Shown: positions 26,310 to 39,392 of the stretch, piece by piece
Layout: every line of letters starts with the position of its first letter
Position numbering within the stretch: the stretch's first letter is position 1
Origin: Malacoraja senta
Lineage: Eukaryota
Assembly (NCBI GenBank): GCA_038087875.1
Contig: CM075996.1
Location: 9,736,001-9,800,000, forward strand
DNA: 64,000 nt
Direction of reading: 5' to 3'
Notes under the pieces: generated by a model
Database searches by the model: none
Told to the model about the DNA's origin: nothing
What the model saw: the letters and a program-made list of their open reading frames with translations, nothing else
Made by a program: the position numbers and the translations under genes

Positions 26310-26600
26310 GGCCACGGTGGCGCAGCAGTAGAGTTGCTGCCTCACAGCGCCGGAGACCCAGGTTCGATCCCGACTACGGGTGCTGTCTGTTCAGAGTTTG
26401 TACATTCTCCCCGTAAGTTTTCTCTGAGATCTTCAATTTCCTCCCAAACTCCAAAGACGAGCAGGTCCGTAGGTTAATTGGCTTGGTGTATGCGTAAATT
26501 ATCCCCAGTGTGTGTAGGATAGTTTTTAATGTGCGGGGATCACTGGTCAGCGCGGATTTGGCGGGCCGAAGGGCCTGCTTCCGCTAAACTAAACTAAACG
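26310..26600 (+). mobile_element. HE1-like SINE
   Basis: Head-core-tail. Confidence 0.88.
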
Positions 26601-27456
26601 AAGTGAGTGGGCCTGTTCCCACCCCAAGATAATTCCTGCTGCTTCTCTCTTGTTGGAAGAAGCAACACAGTCTGTGACTCATAGACAGATGGGACACTAG
26701 TGTATTAAAAATGAAACCTATTTGCAGTTAATTATCACTTAAAAGTCACAGCCAAATAAAAACATTTGTTCATTAATGTAATGTGGAGATGAGTGTGGCA
26801 GGTCTGTGTGCTGCTGAAGATGGAGCTGTGTTTAGATCCTGTTTCTGGCCATTACTGCCGCTGGCAGGCAGCACTTGGACCCTCAGCCATTTACTGCTGA
26901 GGGGATGGTGGAGAGCTGCTTCCACCTTCAGCCATTCCCGGTTGGGTAAACATAGAAACATAGATAACAGGTGCAGAAGTAGGCTATTTGGCCCTTCGAA
27001 CCATTCCCACTAGGGATGCTGCCTAGCCCGCTTATATTATATTCAATATAATCATGGCTGATCATCCAGAATCAGTACCCTGTTCCTGCTTTCTCCCCAC
27101 ATCCCTTGATTCCGTTAGCCCTAATCTAATATGGATTCCATGCAGGCAGAGGAGAATAGTTTAACTTGGACATCATTGTCAAAGGGCCTGTTCCTGTGTT
27201 GTAATCTTTTATGCTGAATGAGATTTTGGTCACCGGCTGAGGTACTCCATTAAGTAGACACAAGGAACTGCAGATGCTGGTTTACCAAAGAAAACACACA
27301 AAAATGCTGGAGTAACTCAGCGTGTCAGGCAGCATCTCTGGAGAAAATGGATATGTGATATTTAAGGTCAGGACCGTTCTTCAGACTTTAGAAGGGTCCC
27401 AAACTGAAAAGTCACCTATCCCTGTTCTCCAGCGATGCTACCGGACCGGTTGAATT

Positions 27457-27850
27457 AGACGATAGACAATAAAGAATAGGTGCAGGAGTAGGCCATTCGG
27501 CTCTTCGAGCCAGCACCGCCATTCATGTGATCATGGCTGATCATCCCCAATCAGTACCCCGTTCCTGCCTTCTCCTCATATCCCCTGACTCCGCTATTTT
27601 TAAGAGCCCTATCTAGCTCTCTCTTGAAAAGTATCCATAGAACCGGCCTCCCGCCCTCTGAGGCAGAGAATTCCACAGACTCACCACTCTCTGTGAGAAA
27701 AAGTGTTTCCTCGTCTCCGTTCTAAATAAATTACCCCTTATTCTTAAACTGTGGCCCCTGGTTCTGGACTCCCCCAACATCGGGAAATTTTTCCTGCATC
27801 TTCTAGCTTGTCCAATCCCTTAAGAATTGATATGTTTTTCTATAAGATCC
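27457..27850 (-). mobile_element. CR1 3' fragment
   Basis: (AGACAAT)n tail subfamily. Confidence 0.87.
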
Positions 27851-27894
27851 ATAGGGTAATGCACAAACTCCTACAGTTCTGTTTTAGTTTTTTC

Positions 27895-28140
27895 GTTTTA
27901 GAGACACAGGCCCTACGGCCCAACGAGTCCACGGCGACCAGCGATCCCCGCACATGAACACTACCTTACACACTCTTGGGATTTACATGTATAACCACGC
28001 CGATTAACCTGCAAACCTGTACGTCTTTGGAGTGTGGGAGGAAAGCGAAGATCGCAGGTCACGGGGAGAACGTACACAATCTGTACAGACATCACCCGTA
28101 GTCAGGATCGAACCCGGGTCTCTGGTGCTGTAACGCTCTA
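27895..28140 (-). mobile_element. HE1-like SINE
   Basis: Reverse complement of consensus, decayed. Confidence 0.82.
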
Positions 28141-28910
28141 CCGTTACGCCAACGTACAGCCCAGATGATAGGAAGGATAGAGACATACAGGGTGGAAACA
28201 GGCTCTTCAGCCCAACTTGCCCATGCTGGCCAAGATGCCCATCTAAGCTAGTCCCATTTGCCTGTGTTTGTCCACATCCTTCCAATCATTTCATATCCAT
28301 GTACCTGTCCAAATGTCTTTTAAATGTTGCTATTGCACCAATTGTCTGTTGTATCTTATTGTCTCTTGCCCAGAGTAGGGGAATCGAGAACCAGAGGACA
28401 CAGCTTTAAGTTGAACGGGGTAAGATTTCATAGGTATTTGACGGGGTAACTTTTTCAACACAAAGGGTGGTGGGTGTAGGGAACAAGCTGCCGGAGTAGG
28501 TAGTTGAGGCTGGGGACTATCGCAACGTTTCAGAAACAATTAGACAGGCACATGGATAGGACAGGTTGAGAGGGACATGGGCCAAACGGAGGGAAGTCGT
28601 AGTAGTGTAGATGGGACATGTTGATCAGCGTGGGCAAGTTGGGCCGAAGGACATGTTTCCACACTCTATGACAATGACTACCTTCCTCTGACAGCTTATT
28701 CCATGCACCCACCACCGTCTGTGTGAAACAGTTGCCCCATATGCCCTCCTTACAACGTGCTGCTCTCACCTTAAACCTCTGCCCTCTCGTTCTTGAATCC
28801 CCCACTCTATGTAAAAGATGCTGTACATTCAGCCTGTCTCTTCATGAATTTATAGACCAACAAGACCACTCCTCAGCCTGCAATGCTCCAAAGAATACAG
28901 TCCTAGCCTG

Positions 28911-29094
28911 ACTGGCAGCATCTCTGGAGAGAAGGAATGGGTGATGTTTTACGGGGCAAGACCCTTCTTCAGTCTGAAGACCCATAACGTCACCCCATTC
29001 CTTCTCCCCAGAGATGCTGCCTGTCCCGCTGAGTTCCTCCAGCATTTTGTGTCTATCTTCGATTTAAACCAGCTTCTGCAGTTCTTTCCAACAC
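28911..29094. mobile_element. Fold-back Penelope pLTR mini-insertion inside a CR1 fragment
   Basis: Inverted halves meeting at the hammerhead-like motif; imperfect TSD CAGTCCTAGCCTG/CAGTCCGACCCTG. Confidence 0.7.
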
Positions 29095-29534
29095 AGTCCG
29101 ACCCTGTTCAACCTGTCCCTACATCTCCAGCCCCCGAGTTCTGGCGACATCTTCATCCATCCATCTTCTCTGCATTATTTTCATGTTAGTGGCACATTTC
29201 CTTCAGCAGGGGTAACTAAAACTGAACCCAATACTCTGGTAGTACAGGTACTTCCACTGGTGCTGTTGGCAGGAGCATTCCAGGAACTGGACCCCGGAGA
29301 TGGCTCCAGCGACCTGGGTTCAATCCCAACCCCTGCTCTTGCACCTCCTCTCCTGTCACTGCATGGGTTTCCTCCGGCTGCTCTGGATTCCTCCCGCTAC
29401 ATGCAATTTGCCGGCTTCATTGCCGGCTGTAAATTGGCCCTCGTGTGTGGGTGAGCGCTGGAATCTGGGGCTAGATGTTGGGAATGTGTGGAGAAGATGT
29501 CAAAGGGGAAATTACTGCAGAAATAGGACGTCGT

Positions 29535-30352
29535 AGGTCCCAGATAGAACAATGACATTCTTACTTGCAGCAGCACAACAGAATATGTAAACATAGTACA
29601 CTGTGAACAATATAATAAACAAGAGAGAAAAAAAGTTCAGTGTGTGTATATATACACATACTCACAACTGCACATATATATAGATCACGTATACACACAC
29701 ACACACACGTACACACACACAAACAATAATAGTGCAATAATAATCACTGAAGAAGGGTTTCGACCCGAAACGTTGCCTATTTCCTTCGCTCCATAGATGC
29801 TGCCTCACCCGCTGAGTTTCTCCAGCATTTTTGTCTACCTTCAATTTTCCAGCATCTGCAGTTCCTTCTTAAGCGATAATAACCATAATAGTCTATTGTA
29901 GTTCAGAGCTTGAGGTTGTGGTGTTTAATAGCCTGATGGCTGTAGGGAAGAAGCTGTTCCTGAACCTGGACGTTACAGTTTTCAGGCTCCTGTACCTTCT
30001 TGCCGATGGCGTGAAATGAGTGTGTGGCCAGGATGGTGTGGGTCTCTGATGATGTTGGCTGCCTTTTTGAGATAGCGACTCCGGTAAATCCCTTCGACGG
30101 TGGGGAGGTCAGAGCCGGTGATGGACTGGGCAGTGGTCACAACTTTTTGCAGTCTTCTTCACTCCTGGGCGTTCAAGTTGCCGAACCAGGCCACGATGCA
30201 ACCGGTCAGCATGCTCTCTACTGCACACCTGTAGAAGTTCAAGAGAATCCTCTCTGACATACCGAGTCTCCGTAACCTTCTCAGGAAGTAGAGGTGCAGA
30301 TGGGCTTTTTTTTATAATTGCATCGGTACACTGGGTCCAGGAAAGGTCCAAT
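29535..30352 (-). mobile_element. Rex1/Babar LINE 3' fragment interrupted by a Penelope pLTR piece (~29744-29875)
   Basis: Coding similarity to 41230-41576; tail matches 44955-45110. Confidence 0.82.
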
Positions 30353-30819
30353 TAGACAGGTACAAAAAAGCAATTAGACAGGTACATGGATAGGACAGGT
30401 TTAGAGGGATATGGACCAAATGCAGGCAGGTGGAACTAGTGTAGAAGGGACATTTTGGTCAGTGTGGGAAAGTTGGGCCGAAGGGCCTGTTTCCATGCTG
30501 TATGGACTTTCTCTGAGAGATTCAATGGGTCAAATGGCTTCCTTTGTCGCATGTAGTTCTGGTCGCCCCAAATACAGGAAGGATGTGGAGTCTTTGGTAA
30601 AGGGGGTGCAGAAGAGGTTTACCAGGATGCTGCCCAGGTTAGGAGCTGTTAGCTACAGGAAGAGGTTGGAAAGCCTTGGATTGTTTTCTCTGGAACACCA
30701 GAGGTCACAGTGAGACCTGATAGAAGTGTATATCATTATGAGAGGCATCTATAAGTTAGACACAGAATAATTTCCCAAGTATGGAAATATCAAAATACTA
30801 GAGGATATAAGTGTGTGAG

Positions 30820-31330
30820 TGATAGGAGTAGAATTAGGCCATTTGGCCCATCAAGCCCTTTCAATCATGGCTGATCTATCCCTCCCTCCTAACCCCATTC
30901 TCCTGCCTTCTCCCCATAACCTCTGACACCCGTAGTAATCAAGAATCTATCTATCTGACTTGGCCTCCACAACTTTCTGTGGCAAAGAATTCCACAGATT
31001 CACCACCCTCTGACTAAAGAAATCTCTCCTCATCTCCTTCCTAAGAGAACATCTTTTAATTCTGAGGCTCTGACCCTTAGTCCTAGACTCTCCCACTAGT
31101 GGAAAATCCTCTCCACATCCACTCTATCCAAGCCTTTCACCATTCTGTATGTGTCAATGAGCCCCCCCCCCCCCCCCACCCCCATTCGTCTAAACTCCAG
31201 CGAGTACAGGCCCAGTGCTAACAAACGCTCATCATAGGTTAAGCTACTCATTCTTGGGATCATTCTTGTGAACCTCCTCTGGACCCTCTCCAGAGCCACC
31301 ACATCCTTCCTCAGATATGGTGCCCAAAAT
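30820..31330 (-). mobile_element. CR1 3' fragment
   Basis: FWAPYLRKDVVALERVQRRFTRMIP. Confidence 0.88.
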
Positions 31331-31346
31331 AGCAATATATGAAGTA

Positions 31347-32559
31347 CTAGACTAAGTGGGACCCGTTGGGTCCCATGTTCACACGGGAGGGCTGGTATTC
31401 CACCTCTCCACCAATTCCAATATTGGTGGCCAGTGGGGGGGGGGGCTTTCTGGAGCGCTAGTATGGGTGTTGTGGGCTGAAGGGACTGGTTTCCAGAGGG
31501 CTAGTATGGACATTGTGGGCCAAATGGATTCTTGGGATGGCAGCTCAGTCACTCAAGCCTGATGTGCTGGCAGCTCACTCACGGCTGGTGGGCTGGCAGT
31601 TGACTCACGGCTATTCCTTGAAATTCCATTTCAAGCAGGGGCAAGGCCACCAAATTCAAATGCAGTTTCCTACCACTTCAAGCAGGGTGCAAGACCAATG
31701 AATTCAAGTGCAGTTTCATACCATTTGAAGCAGGGTGCAAGGCCACCAAATTCAAGTGCAGTTTCATACCACTTCAAGCAGAGTGCAAGGCCACCAAATT
31801 CAAATGCAGTTTCCTACCACTTCAAGCAGGGTGCAAGTCCACCAAACTCAAGTGCAGTTTCATACCACTTCAAGCAGGGTGCAGGGCCACCAAACTCAAG
31901 TGCAGTTTCATGCCATTTCAAGCAGGGTGCAAGGCCACCAAATTCAAGTGCAGTTTCACACCACTTCAAGCAGGGTGCAAGGCCACCAAATTCAAGTGCT
32001 GTTTCATACCATTTCAAGCAGGGTGAAACCACCATAAAACCACCATAAAACTACACAAAACACCACATAAACACCACACACAGTTCAGTAGACATTTGCT
32101 GTGCTTTATTTCAAACCAACCACCACCATCCATTTGCTGTGCTTTATTTCAAACCAACCACATTTTCATTTTCAAACCACATTAAGGGCACTCAAGGTCA
32201 GTAAAACCACACTCACAGTTTAGTAGACATGTATCCAGTGTTATTCACAGCTCAGACTGAGAGACGTGACCCTCTCCCTTCCCCCATCATGCAGAGACTG
32301 ACTGAGGCACTCAACACTTCTGGGTTTTATAGTCCCTCTGGAAGGGGCGTGTACTTCAGGAGAGAGAATCTCAACATTTTTAAAACACTAATAACGCTTT
32401 TATTTTTTCATCAATGGGAAAAATCCTCTTGTCCTGCGCAGAGGAGGGGGACTCTGAGTAAGATGGCCAAAAATCACAGCCGTACGTGGCAGCGTTTTTT
32501 CTAAAATCAATGTACAGAACAACAGGAAGTGGTCAAGATCAGACTTTTAGTAATATAGA
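31347..32559 (-). mobile_element. Non-autonomous Helitron (rolling-circle transposon)
   Basis: Minus strand starts A|TC (32559), ends CTAG|T (31347), subterminal hairpin TGGGACCC-3nt-GGGTCCCA (31357-31375), no TSD. Confidence 0.85.
31625..32025 (+). repeat. 48-bp tandem array (~8 copies) inside the Helitron
   Basis: Unit CAAGCAGGGTGCAAGGCCACCAAATTCAAGTGCAGTTTCATACCACTT. Confidence 0.95.
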
Positions 32560-32831
32560 TCGCTTGAAGGTGAGAGGGGCAATGTTTAAACGAGATGTGT
32601 GAGGCAACTTATTAAAAACACAAAGGGTGGTGGGTGCCTGGAACGCGCTGCCAGGGGTGGTGGTTGAGACAGATATGATAGTGGTGTTTAAGAGACTTTT
32701 GGATAGGCACATGGATATGCAGGGAATGGAGGGATATGGATCACGTGCAGGTTGCTAACATACAATATGGTCTTGGCATCCTGTTCGGCACAGACATCGT
32801 GGGCTGAAGGGCCAGTCCCTGTGCTGTACGT

Positions 32832-33410
32832 TTAGTTTAGTTTAGAGATACAGTGCGGAAACAGGCCCTTCGGCCCACCGAGTCTGCACCGACCAGCTAT
32901 CCCCGCACACTAACACTTCCCTCCACACTAGGGACAATTTTACATTTACACCAAGCCAATTAACCTACAAACCTGTACGTCTTTGGAGTGTGGGAGGAAA
33001 CTGAAGATCTCGGAGAAAACCCACGTGGTCACGGGAGAACGTACAAACTCCGTACAGACAGCACCTGTAGTTGGGGTCGAACCCGGGTCTCTGGCGCTGT
33101 CAGGCAGCGACACTACTGCCGCATCACCGTGTTGCCCCTACAACATGCCGACCACCCGCTCACACTAGTTCTGTGATATCCCACTTCCGCATCTACCCCC
33201 TACGGCACTAGGGGACAATTTACAGAGGGCCCATTAACCTACAAACCCGCACGTCTTTGGAGTGTGGGTGGAAACCGGAGCACCCGGAGAAAATCCACGC
33301 AGGTCACGGGGAGAACGTGCAAACTCCGTACAGGCAGCACCCGAGGTCAGGATCGAACCCGGGTCTCTGGCGCTGTGAGGCAGCAGCTCTACCGTTGCGC
33401 CACCGTGCCG
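32832..33410 (-). mobile_element. Two tandem HE1-like SINEs
   Basis: Copies at ~32832-33135 and ~33140-33410. Confidence 0.87.
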
Positions 33411-33502
33411 CATTCGTGCGGGCGACGTATCCAACAGTCGGGGTTCGCTAATCTCACCGCAGATATCAGCATCGGATCTCTTCTCCGAGCTAGGATACCT
33501 TA

Positions 33503-33810
33503 GGGCAGCAGCGGTAGAGTTGCTGCCTTACTGCGCTTGCAGCGCCAGAGACCCGGGTTTGATCCTGACTATGGGTGCTGTTTGTACGGAGTTTGCACGT
33601 TCTCCCCGTGACTGCGTGGGTTTTCTCCGATATCTCCAGTTTCCTCCCCACACTCCAAAGACGTGCAGGTTTGTAGGTTAATTGGCTTGGTAAATATAAA
33701 TTGTCCTTAGTGTGTGAAGGATAGTGCTAGCGTGCGGGGATCGCTGGTCGGCGCGGACTCGGCGGGCCGAAGGGCCTGATTCCGCGCTGTATCGCTAAAC
33801 TAAACAAAAC
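33503..33810 (+). mobile_element. HE1-like SINE
   Basis: Head-core-tail. Confidence 0.9.
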
Positions 33811-34392
33811 TCTCGCTCCCAGTCAAACGTACAGCAGTTAATGTTGGCTGCCTTTGGAGCAAGAACGGGCACTACATGACAGGCGGATAAATTATTGACT
33901 GGTGCTGGAAATTGAAGATGGTACTTCAATTATGGAAATGTGAATTTTTATGTGATTCCCTCTCCAGAAACCTTGTTACAGAATTAATGACCATTTTTTT
34001 AGAGTGAGCCATTTTAAGATGGCCTGTCAAGAGAACCTGACTAATTTATCAAACAGTTCGCTGACCTTACCGCATGTTCAGTAGGTAGCTGCGATACACA
34101 GACAGACATAAGTCCCATTCAATCTGAACACAGATCCAATAATAAAAAAAGACTGCAAATGCTAGTAAGGCAGCATCTGTGGAGAGAGAATCAAAGTTAA
34201 GGCTTCAGGTCAAAGACGGGTGTGACACGGCGGCTCAAACGGTAGAGCTCATCAGGTCATAAGGTCATACGATCATAAGGTATAGGAGTAGAATTCTGGC
34301 CCATCAAGTCTACTCCGCCATTCAATCATGGCTGATCTATCTCTCCCTCCTAACCCCATTCTCCTGCCTTCTCCCCATAGCCCCCGACACCT

Positions 34393-34658
34393 ATTGCTGC
34401 CTCACAGCGCCAGAGACCCGGGTTTGATCCTGACTACGGGTGCTGTCTGTACGGAGTTTGTATATTCTGCCCGTGAACTGCGTGGGTTTCCTCTGGGTTC
34501 TCTGGCTTCCTCTCACACCCTAACGATGTACAGGTTTGTAGGTTAATTGGCTTTGGTAAAAAATAAATTGTCCCCAGTTTGTAGAATAGTGTTAATGTGC
34601 GGGGATCACTGGTCGGCGCGGACTCAGTGGGCCGAAGGACCTCTAAACTAAGCTAAAT
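34393..34658 (+). mobile_element. HE1-like SINE (head interrupted by a CR1 tail)
   Basis: B box, V-core, tail; head remnant near 34226-34250. Confidence 0.8.
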
Positions 34659-34835
34659 CTCCATCAGGTTCATTGAACAGTGCCATAGTGTCTTTGCCAC
34701 CCATCCTTCACAAAGGTTTGGTTTGGCACATTTGGAGATCTGTGTGTACTTCTGGTCACCACATTACAGGAAGGATGTCTTTATGCTGGAGATAGTGCAG
34801 GGGAGATTCACCAACATGCATCCTGCACAGTTTTA

Positions 34836-36157
34836 AGGGGCTGTCCCACTTGGGCGACCTAATTGCCGAGTTTAGAAGAGTTTAGGAGAGTTTAAAAAAA
34901 AATACATGTTGAAGACCTCCTACGACTATGTAGAAGACCTCCTTCAATACAATACAATACAATGTATTTGTCATTTGGACCCCGTTGAGGTCCAAACGAA
35001 ATGTCATTTCTGCAGCCATACATTACAAAACGAAGAAGACCCGAGACACAACACAATTTACACATACATCCATCACAGCGCCGTGATGGAAGGCAAAAAA
35101 AAACGTATCTCTCCACTGCACTCCCGCCCCCCCCCCCCCCCCGATGTCAGAGTCAAAGTCAAAGCCCCCGGCGGGCGATGGTGATTATCCCGCGGCCATT
35201 AAAGCCACGCCGGGCGATGCAAGGTCGCGCACCGGGTCTTGGTGTTAGAGCCCCGGCGTGCGCTCGCAAAGTCCCGCGGCCATTCCAAGCCGCGCGGGGC
35301 GGTGATGTAAAGCCCCGCTCCAGGTGCTCTTCAACCCCGCAACTTGGGCGGGAGAAGTCGCCGCTGCGGAAGCCCCGAAAAGCGGTCTCCCACCAGGGAC
35401 CCGCGGGCTTCCGGTGTTGCCGTCCGCCAGACCCGCGGTTGTAGCCTCCGAATCTCCGGGGGTCGGGTCGCAGCAGCGCTCCACCACAGCTCCACCCGCT
35501 CCGGACTCGGCCAGCCCCGTGACGGTGAGTAGTCCGCAGCTCCGCAACTGGAGCCCCAGGTCGTTCCTGCTGGAGGCCGCTCCACGTTGCCCAGCCCCAA
35601 CGACAAACGGAGACCCGACAAAGAAAAGGTCGGGTCTCCCGTGCAAGGGAAAGATTTTAAAGTCCCCACCCCCACACACATACCCCGACAAAAAAAATAA
35701 TAAAAACTACATAGAAACGAGACAAAAATAATAAAAAGGCAGACGGACTGCAGAGGCCGCTGCTGACGAGAGTCGCGCCGCCCACCAACTTCGATCTCCT
35801 TCGACCTCCCTTCGACTATGTTGAAGATTATCTACGACTACCTTCGACTACCTTCGACTACCCTCGATTACCTACGACTAACATGCCGACCCACTACGAC
35901 CTACTATGACTAAACCTACGAGTAAAAAATGTATTGATTTTTTCCATGGCGACCTTTAATTACTCGCGGGCATTTTTCAGCATGTTGAAAAATACGCCGC
36001 GACCTAGCTGAGGCCTCGAGTATGCCGGGACCACTCTCGAGCACGAAGGAGAGTTACAAAGACCTCCTACGACCTCGTGTCGACCATGCTGCGAGTATGA
36101 GTCGAGGGCAAACTCGTCAGAACTCGCCGATTAGGTCGCCCAAGTGGGGAAGCCCCT
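34836..36157. mobile_element. PIF/Harbinger-like MITE with nested retroelement
   Basis: TIR AGGGGCTGTCCCACTTGGGCGACCTAAT ... ATTAGGTCGCCCAAGTGGGGAAGCCCCT; TA-containing flanks; internal CGACTAC-type repeats. Confidence 0.75.
34945..35786 (-). mobile_element. GC-rich non-coding retroelement with Rex1-type tail
   Basis: (TATTG)n tail, terminal hairpin before TGACAAATA, internal hairpin TCCATCAC..GTGATGGA, CpG-rich body. Confidence 0.7.
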
Positions 36158-36968
36158 TAGGTTCAGTTCAAAGATACAGCATGGAAACAGGCCCTTCAGC
36201 CCACAGACCCCATGCCGACTATTGATCACCCGTTCACACTAGTTAACATCATATGAGATAGATGCAGAATTAGGCCATTCGGCCCATCAAGTCTACTCTG
36301 CCATTCAATCATGGTCCATCTATCTCTCCCTCCTAACCCCATTCTCCTGCCTTCTCCCCATAGCCTCTGACACCCATACTAATCAAGAATCTATCTATCT
36401 CTGCCTTAAACATGCCTTCTGTGGGACTGGGGATAATTTATAATCTTTAGTGCAGCCAATTAACCTGCAAGCCTGCGTGCCGTTGTGACGTGAGAGAGAG
36501 GAAATCAGATGACCCAGTGGAACCCCTCCAGGTCACGGGGAGAAGGGTGCAAACTCCACGCGGACAGCACCCAAAGTCAGGATCAATCCTGGGTCGATGT
36601 CAAACAGCTTTCATCGCCTGTTTTTCTCTCCGCGTGGTTGCTGGCTGACCCGCTGTGTGTTCTCAGCACTCTCTCTCTCTCTTTATGTTGAGTGAGTGTT
36701 TAGATGGAATGGGATGTAAGGGTCAGTGCAGCATGCTGACCTGCTGAGAGATTGCAGCATTGAATGCTGTATCTTGGACTTGCAGCATCTGCTCTACCAG
36801 CTGTGCCTCTGTGCCTCGACTGAAGAACTTTGGACCTGGAGAGAGAGGACGAGGGCTGGGCTTGCTTTCCCTGACGTGAAGGAGGCTGAGGGCGGATCCG
36901 ACGGATGTATATAAGATTACAAGAGACATGGATCAAGGGGGGGGGGGAGCAGAACCTTTTTTCTTAGG

Positions 36969-37275
36969 GTGGCGCAGTGGCACAGCAGTAGAGTTGCTGC
37001 CTCACAGCACCAGAGACCCGGGTTTGATCCTGACTACAGGTGCTATCTGTACGGAGTTTGTACGGCCTCGCCGTGACTTGTGTGGGCTTTCTCCGGGTGC
37101 TCCGGTTTCCTCCGCGCTCCAAAAACGTACAGGTTTGTAGGTTATTTGGCTGCGGTAAAATTATAAATTGTCCCCAGTGTATGTAGGATTGTGTAAGTGT
37201 GCGGGGATCGCTGGTCGGCATGGACTCGGTGGGCCGAAGGGCCTGTTTCCACGCTGTATCTCTAAACTAAACTAA
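36969..37275 (+). mobile_element. HE1-like SINE
   Basis: Head-core-tail. Confidence 0.9.
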
Positions 37276-37375
37276 GCTATGGTCGAAGTATCCAAAGCAA
37301 GAGGGCATAGTTGTAAGGAAGGAGGGGAAGGAGTTTGAAATGGGATCTGAGTGGTTGATAGTGCAGTTCTTGTAG

Positions 37376-37575
37376 NNNNNNNNNNNNNNNNNNNNNNNNN
37401 NNNNNNNNNNNNNNNNNNNNNNNNNNNNNNNNNNNNNNNNNNNNNNNNNNNNNNNNNNNNNNNNNNNNNNNNNNNNNNNNNNNNNNNNNNNNNNNNNNNN
37501 NNNNNNNNNNNNNNNNNNNNNNNNNNNNNNNNNNNNNNNNNNNNNNNNNNNNNNNNNNNNNNNNNNNNNNNNNNN
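37376..37575. other. Assembly gap (200 N)
   Basis: Run of N. Confidence 1.
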
Positions 37576-37945
37576 CCTGATCTCCCGGTGGCTCAGCACT
37601 TCAACTCCCCCTCCCATTTCGAATCCGACCTTTCTGTCCTGGGCCTCCTCCATGGCCAGAGTGAGGCCCACTGCAAATTGGAGGAGCAGCACCTCATATT
37701 CTGCTTGGTCAGTTTGCACCCCAGTTTATACCAGTGGTATAAACATTGACTTCTCCAATTTCAGGTAGTCCTTGCTTTCTCCCTCTTTCCCTTCCCAGCT
37801 CTCCCACAAGCCCACTGTCTCCGCCTCTTCCTTTCTTCTTCCGCCCCCCCCCCCCCCACATCAGTCTGAAGAAGGGTCTCGACCCGAAACGTCGCCTATT
37901 CCTTCGCTCCATTGATGCTGCCTCACCCGCTGAGTTTCTCTTTTG
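37576..37945 (+). mobile_element. Penelope-like element 3' end with pLTR
   Basis: PDLPVAQHFNSPSH..KLEEQHLIFCL followed by pyrimidine-rich UTR and hammerhead-like motif. Confidence 0.9.
37861..37896 (+). ncRNA. Putative minimal type-I hammerhead ribozyme (Penelope-associated)
   Basis: CUGAAGA-A-GGG(UCUCGA)CCC-GAAA-C-GUC; palindromic ACGU helix III; helix I only ~2 bp. Confidence 0.6.
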
Positions 37946-38474
37946 TCTGTCTCCCTCCTATCCAGGTGAGTGCCTGGAACACACTACTAGGGGTGGTGGT
38001 GGAAACAAATGTGATAGCAGGGAGTAAGATAGGCACGTGGACATGCGGGGATGGAGGGATATGGATCACGTGTAGGGACAAGAAGAAGGTTGAATTTGAC
38101 ATTGTGTTCAGCACAGACGTTGTGGGCCTGTTCATGTGGGCACCGTTCCATGTTCTAAGCGGGAGGTCATTTGGGACGGAGACAAGAACGTCTCCAAAGA
38201 TCAGTGAATCTTTGAAGTTCTCCATCCTCAGCATTACGGATCAGATTGAAACGGAGATCAAAGGGTTTCTTGATTCTAGAGGACGTGTGGATGTGAGGTG
38301 AGGACACTCAAACTGTGCTGAGGTACAAATCAGCTGTGATTTTGTGGAATGGCAGAGCCGGCTTAAGGAGCCAAACGTTTAATTCCTGCTCCTTTTTCTT
38401 ATATTTTTCAGAGCTCGTAGCCTGGGCTGGCTGTGCTGTCGTGGAAGGTATCACACTCCCTCACCTGGAGCTAT

Positions 38475-38750
38475 TAGTTTAGTTTAGAGATACAGCACGG
38501 AAACAGGCCCTTCGGCCCACCGTGTCCGCACCGACCAGCGATCCCCGCACACGTTAACACTATCCTACACACACTAGGGACAATTTTACATTTATACCGA
38601 GACAATTAACCTACGAACCTGTCCGTCTTTGGAGTGTGGGAGGAAACTGAAAATCCACGCAGGTCACGGGGCGAACGTGCAAACTCCGTACAGACAGCAC
38701 CCGCAGTCAGGATCGAACCCGGGTCTCTGGCGCTGTAAGGCAGCAACTCT
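38475..38750 (-). mobile_element. HE1-like SINE
   Basis: Reverse complement of consensus. Confidence 0.88.
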
Positions 38751-39099
38751 CCCACCCTATACATGAGCACAAACCAAGATTAAGTACAAAGTGTAGAGAA
38801 ACAGCCCGCGGAGACCGTACACAAGAGTCGCAAGGTTTTGGTGCCATTTTGCAAATCCAGGCTGCAGCTGGTGATGAAGGCCCGTTGTCCTGGCTGCAGA
38901 GCCTCCAGCCATCGCCTCGATTTGGATTGTCCATGTGCACCGTCGTCCCTCTCCTCGCCCAGCCACCGGCGGCCTGTGTTCCCCAGGGTTGCCTCCCTAT
39001 CACATCTGCCGCCACCACCACCACTGGCAGCTCATTCCAGGCACCCACCACCAGTCTGTGTAAAGAACGTGCCCCGAACATCTCTTAGGTTTTCATTTA

Positions 39100-39392
39100 T
39101 AGGAACAGAATTAGGCCATTCGGCCCATCATCTACTCTGCCATTCCATCATGGCTGATCTATCTCTCCCTCTGAACCCCATTCTGCCTTCTCCCCATAAC
39201 CCCTGACACCCATACTAATCATGAATCTATCAATCGCCGCCATAAAATTATGCATGGACTTGACCTCCATTGCCATCTGAGGCAATGAATTCCACGGATT
39301 CACCACCCTCTGACAAAATAAATTCCTCCTCATCTCCTTTCTAAAGGTATGTCCTTTTATTCAGAGGCCATGGCCTCTGGTCCTAGACTCTC
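39100..39392 (-). mobile_element. CR1 3' fragment
   Basis: MRRNLFCQRVVNPWNSLPQ. Confidence 0.85.

Noticed and set aside
31698..32048. Repetitive 16-aa protein or CRISPR-like array
   Set aside because: Head-to-tail 48-bp repeats with no spacers, inside a Helitron; eukaryotic context with no cas genes
34945..35790. CpG island or host promoter with multiple GC-rich ORFs
   Set aside because: Bounded by a retroelement tail and nested in a MITE; CpG content reflects a young insertion
37267..37749. ORFs spanning 37376-37575
   Set aside because: Artefact of reading through the N gap
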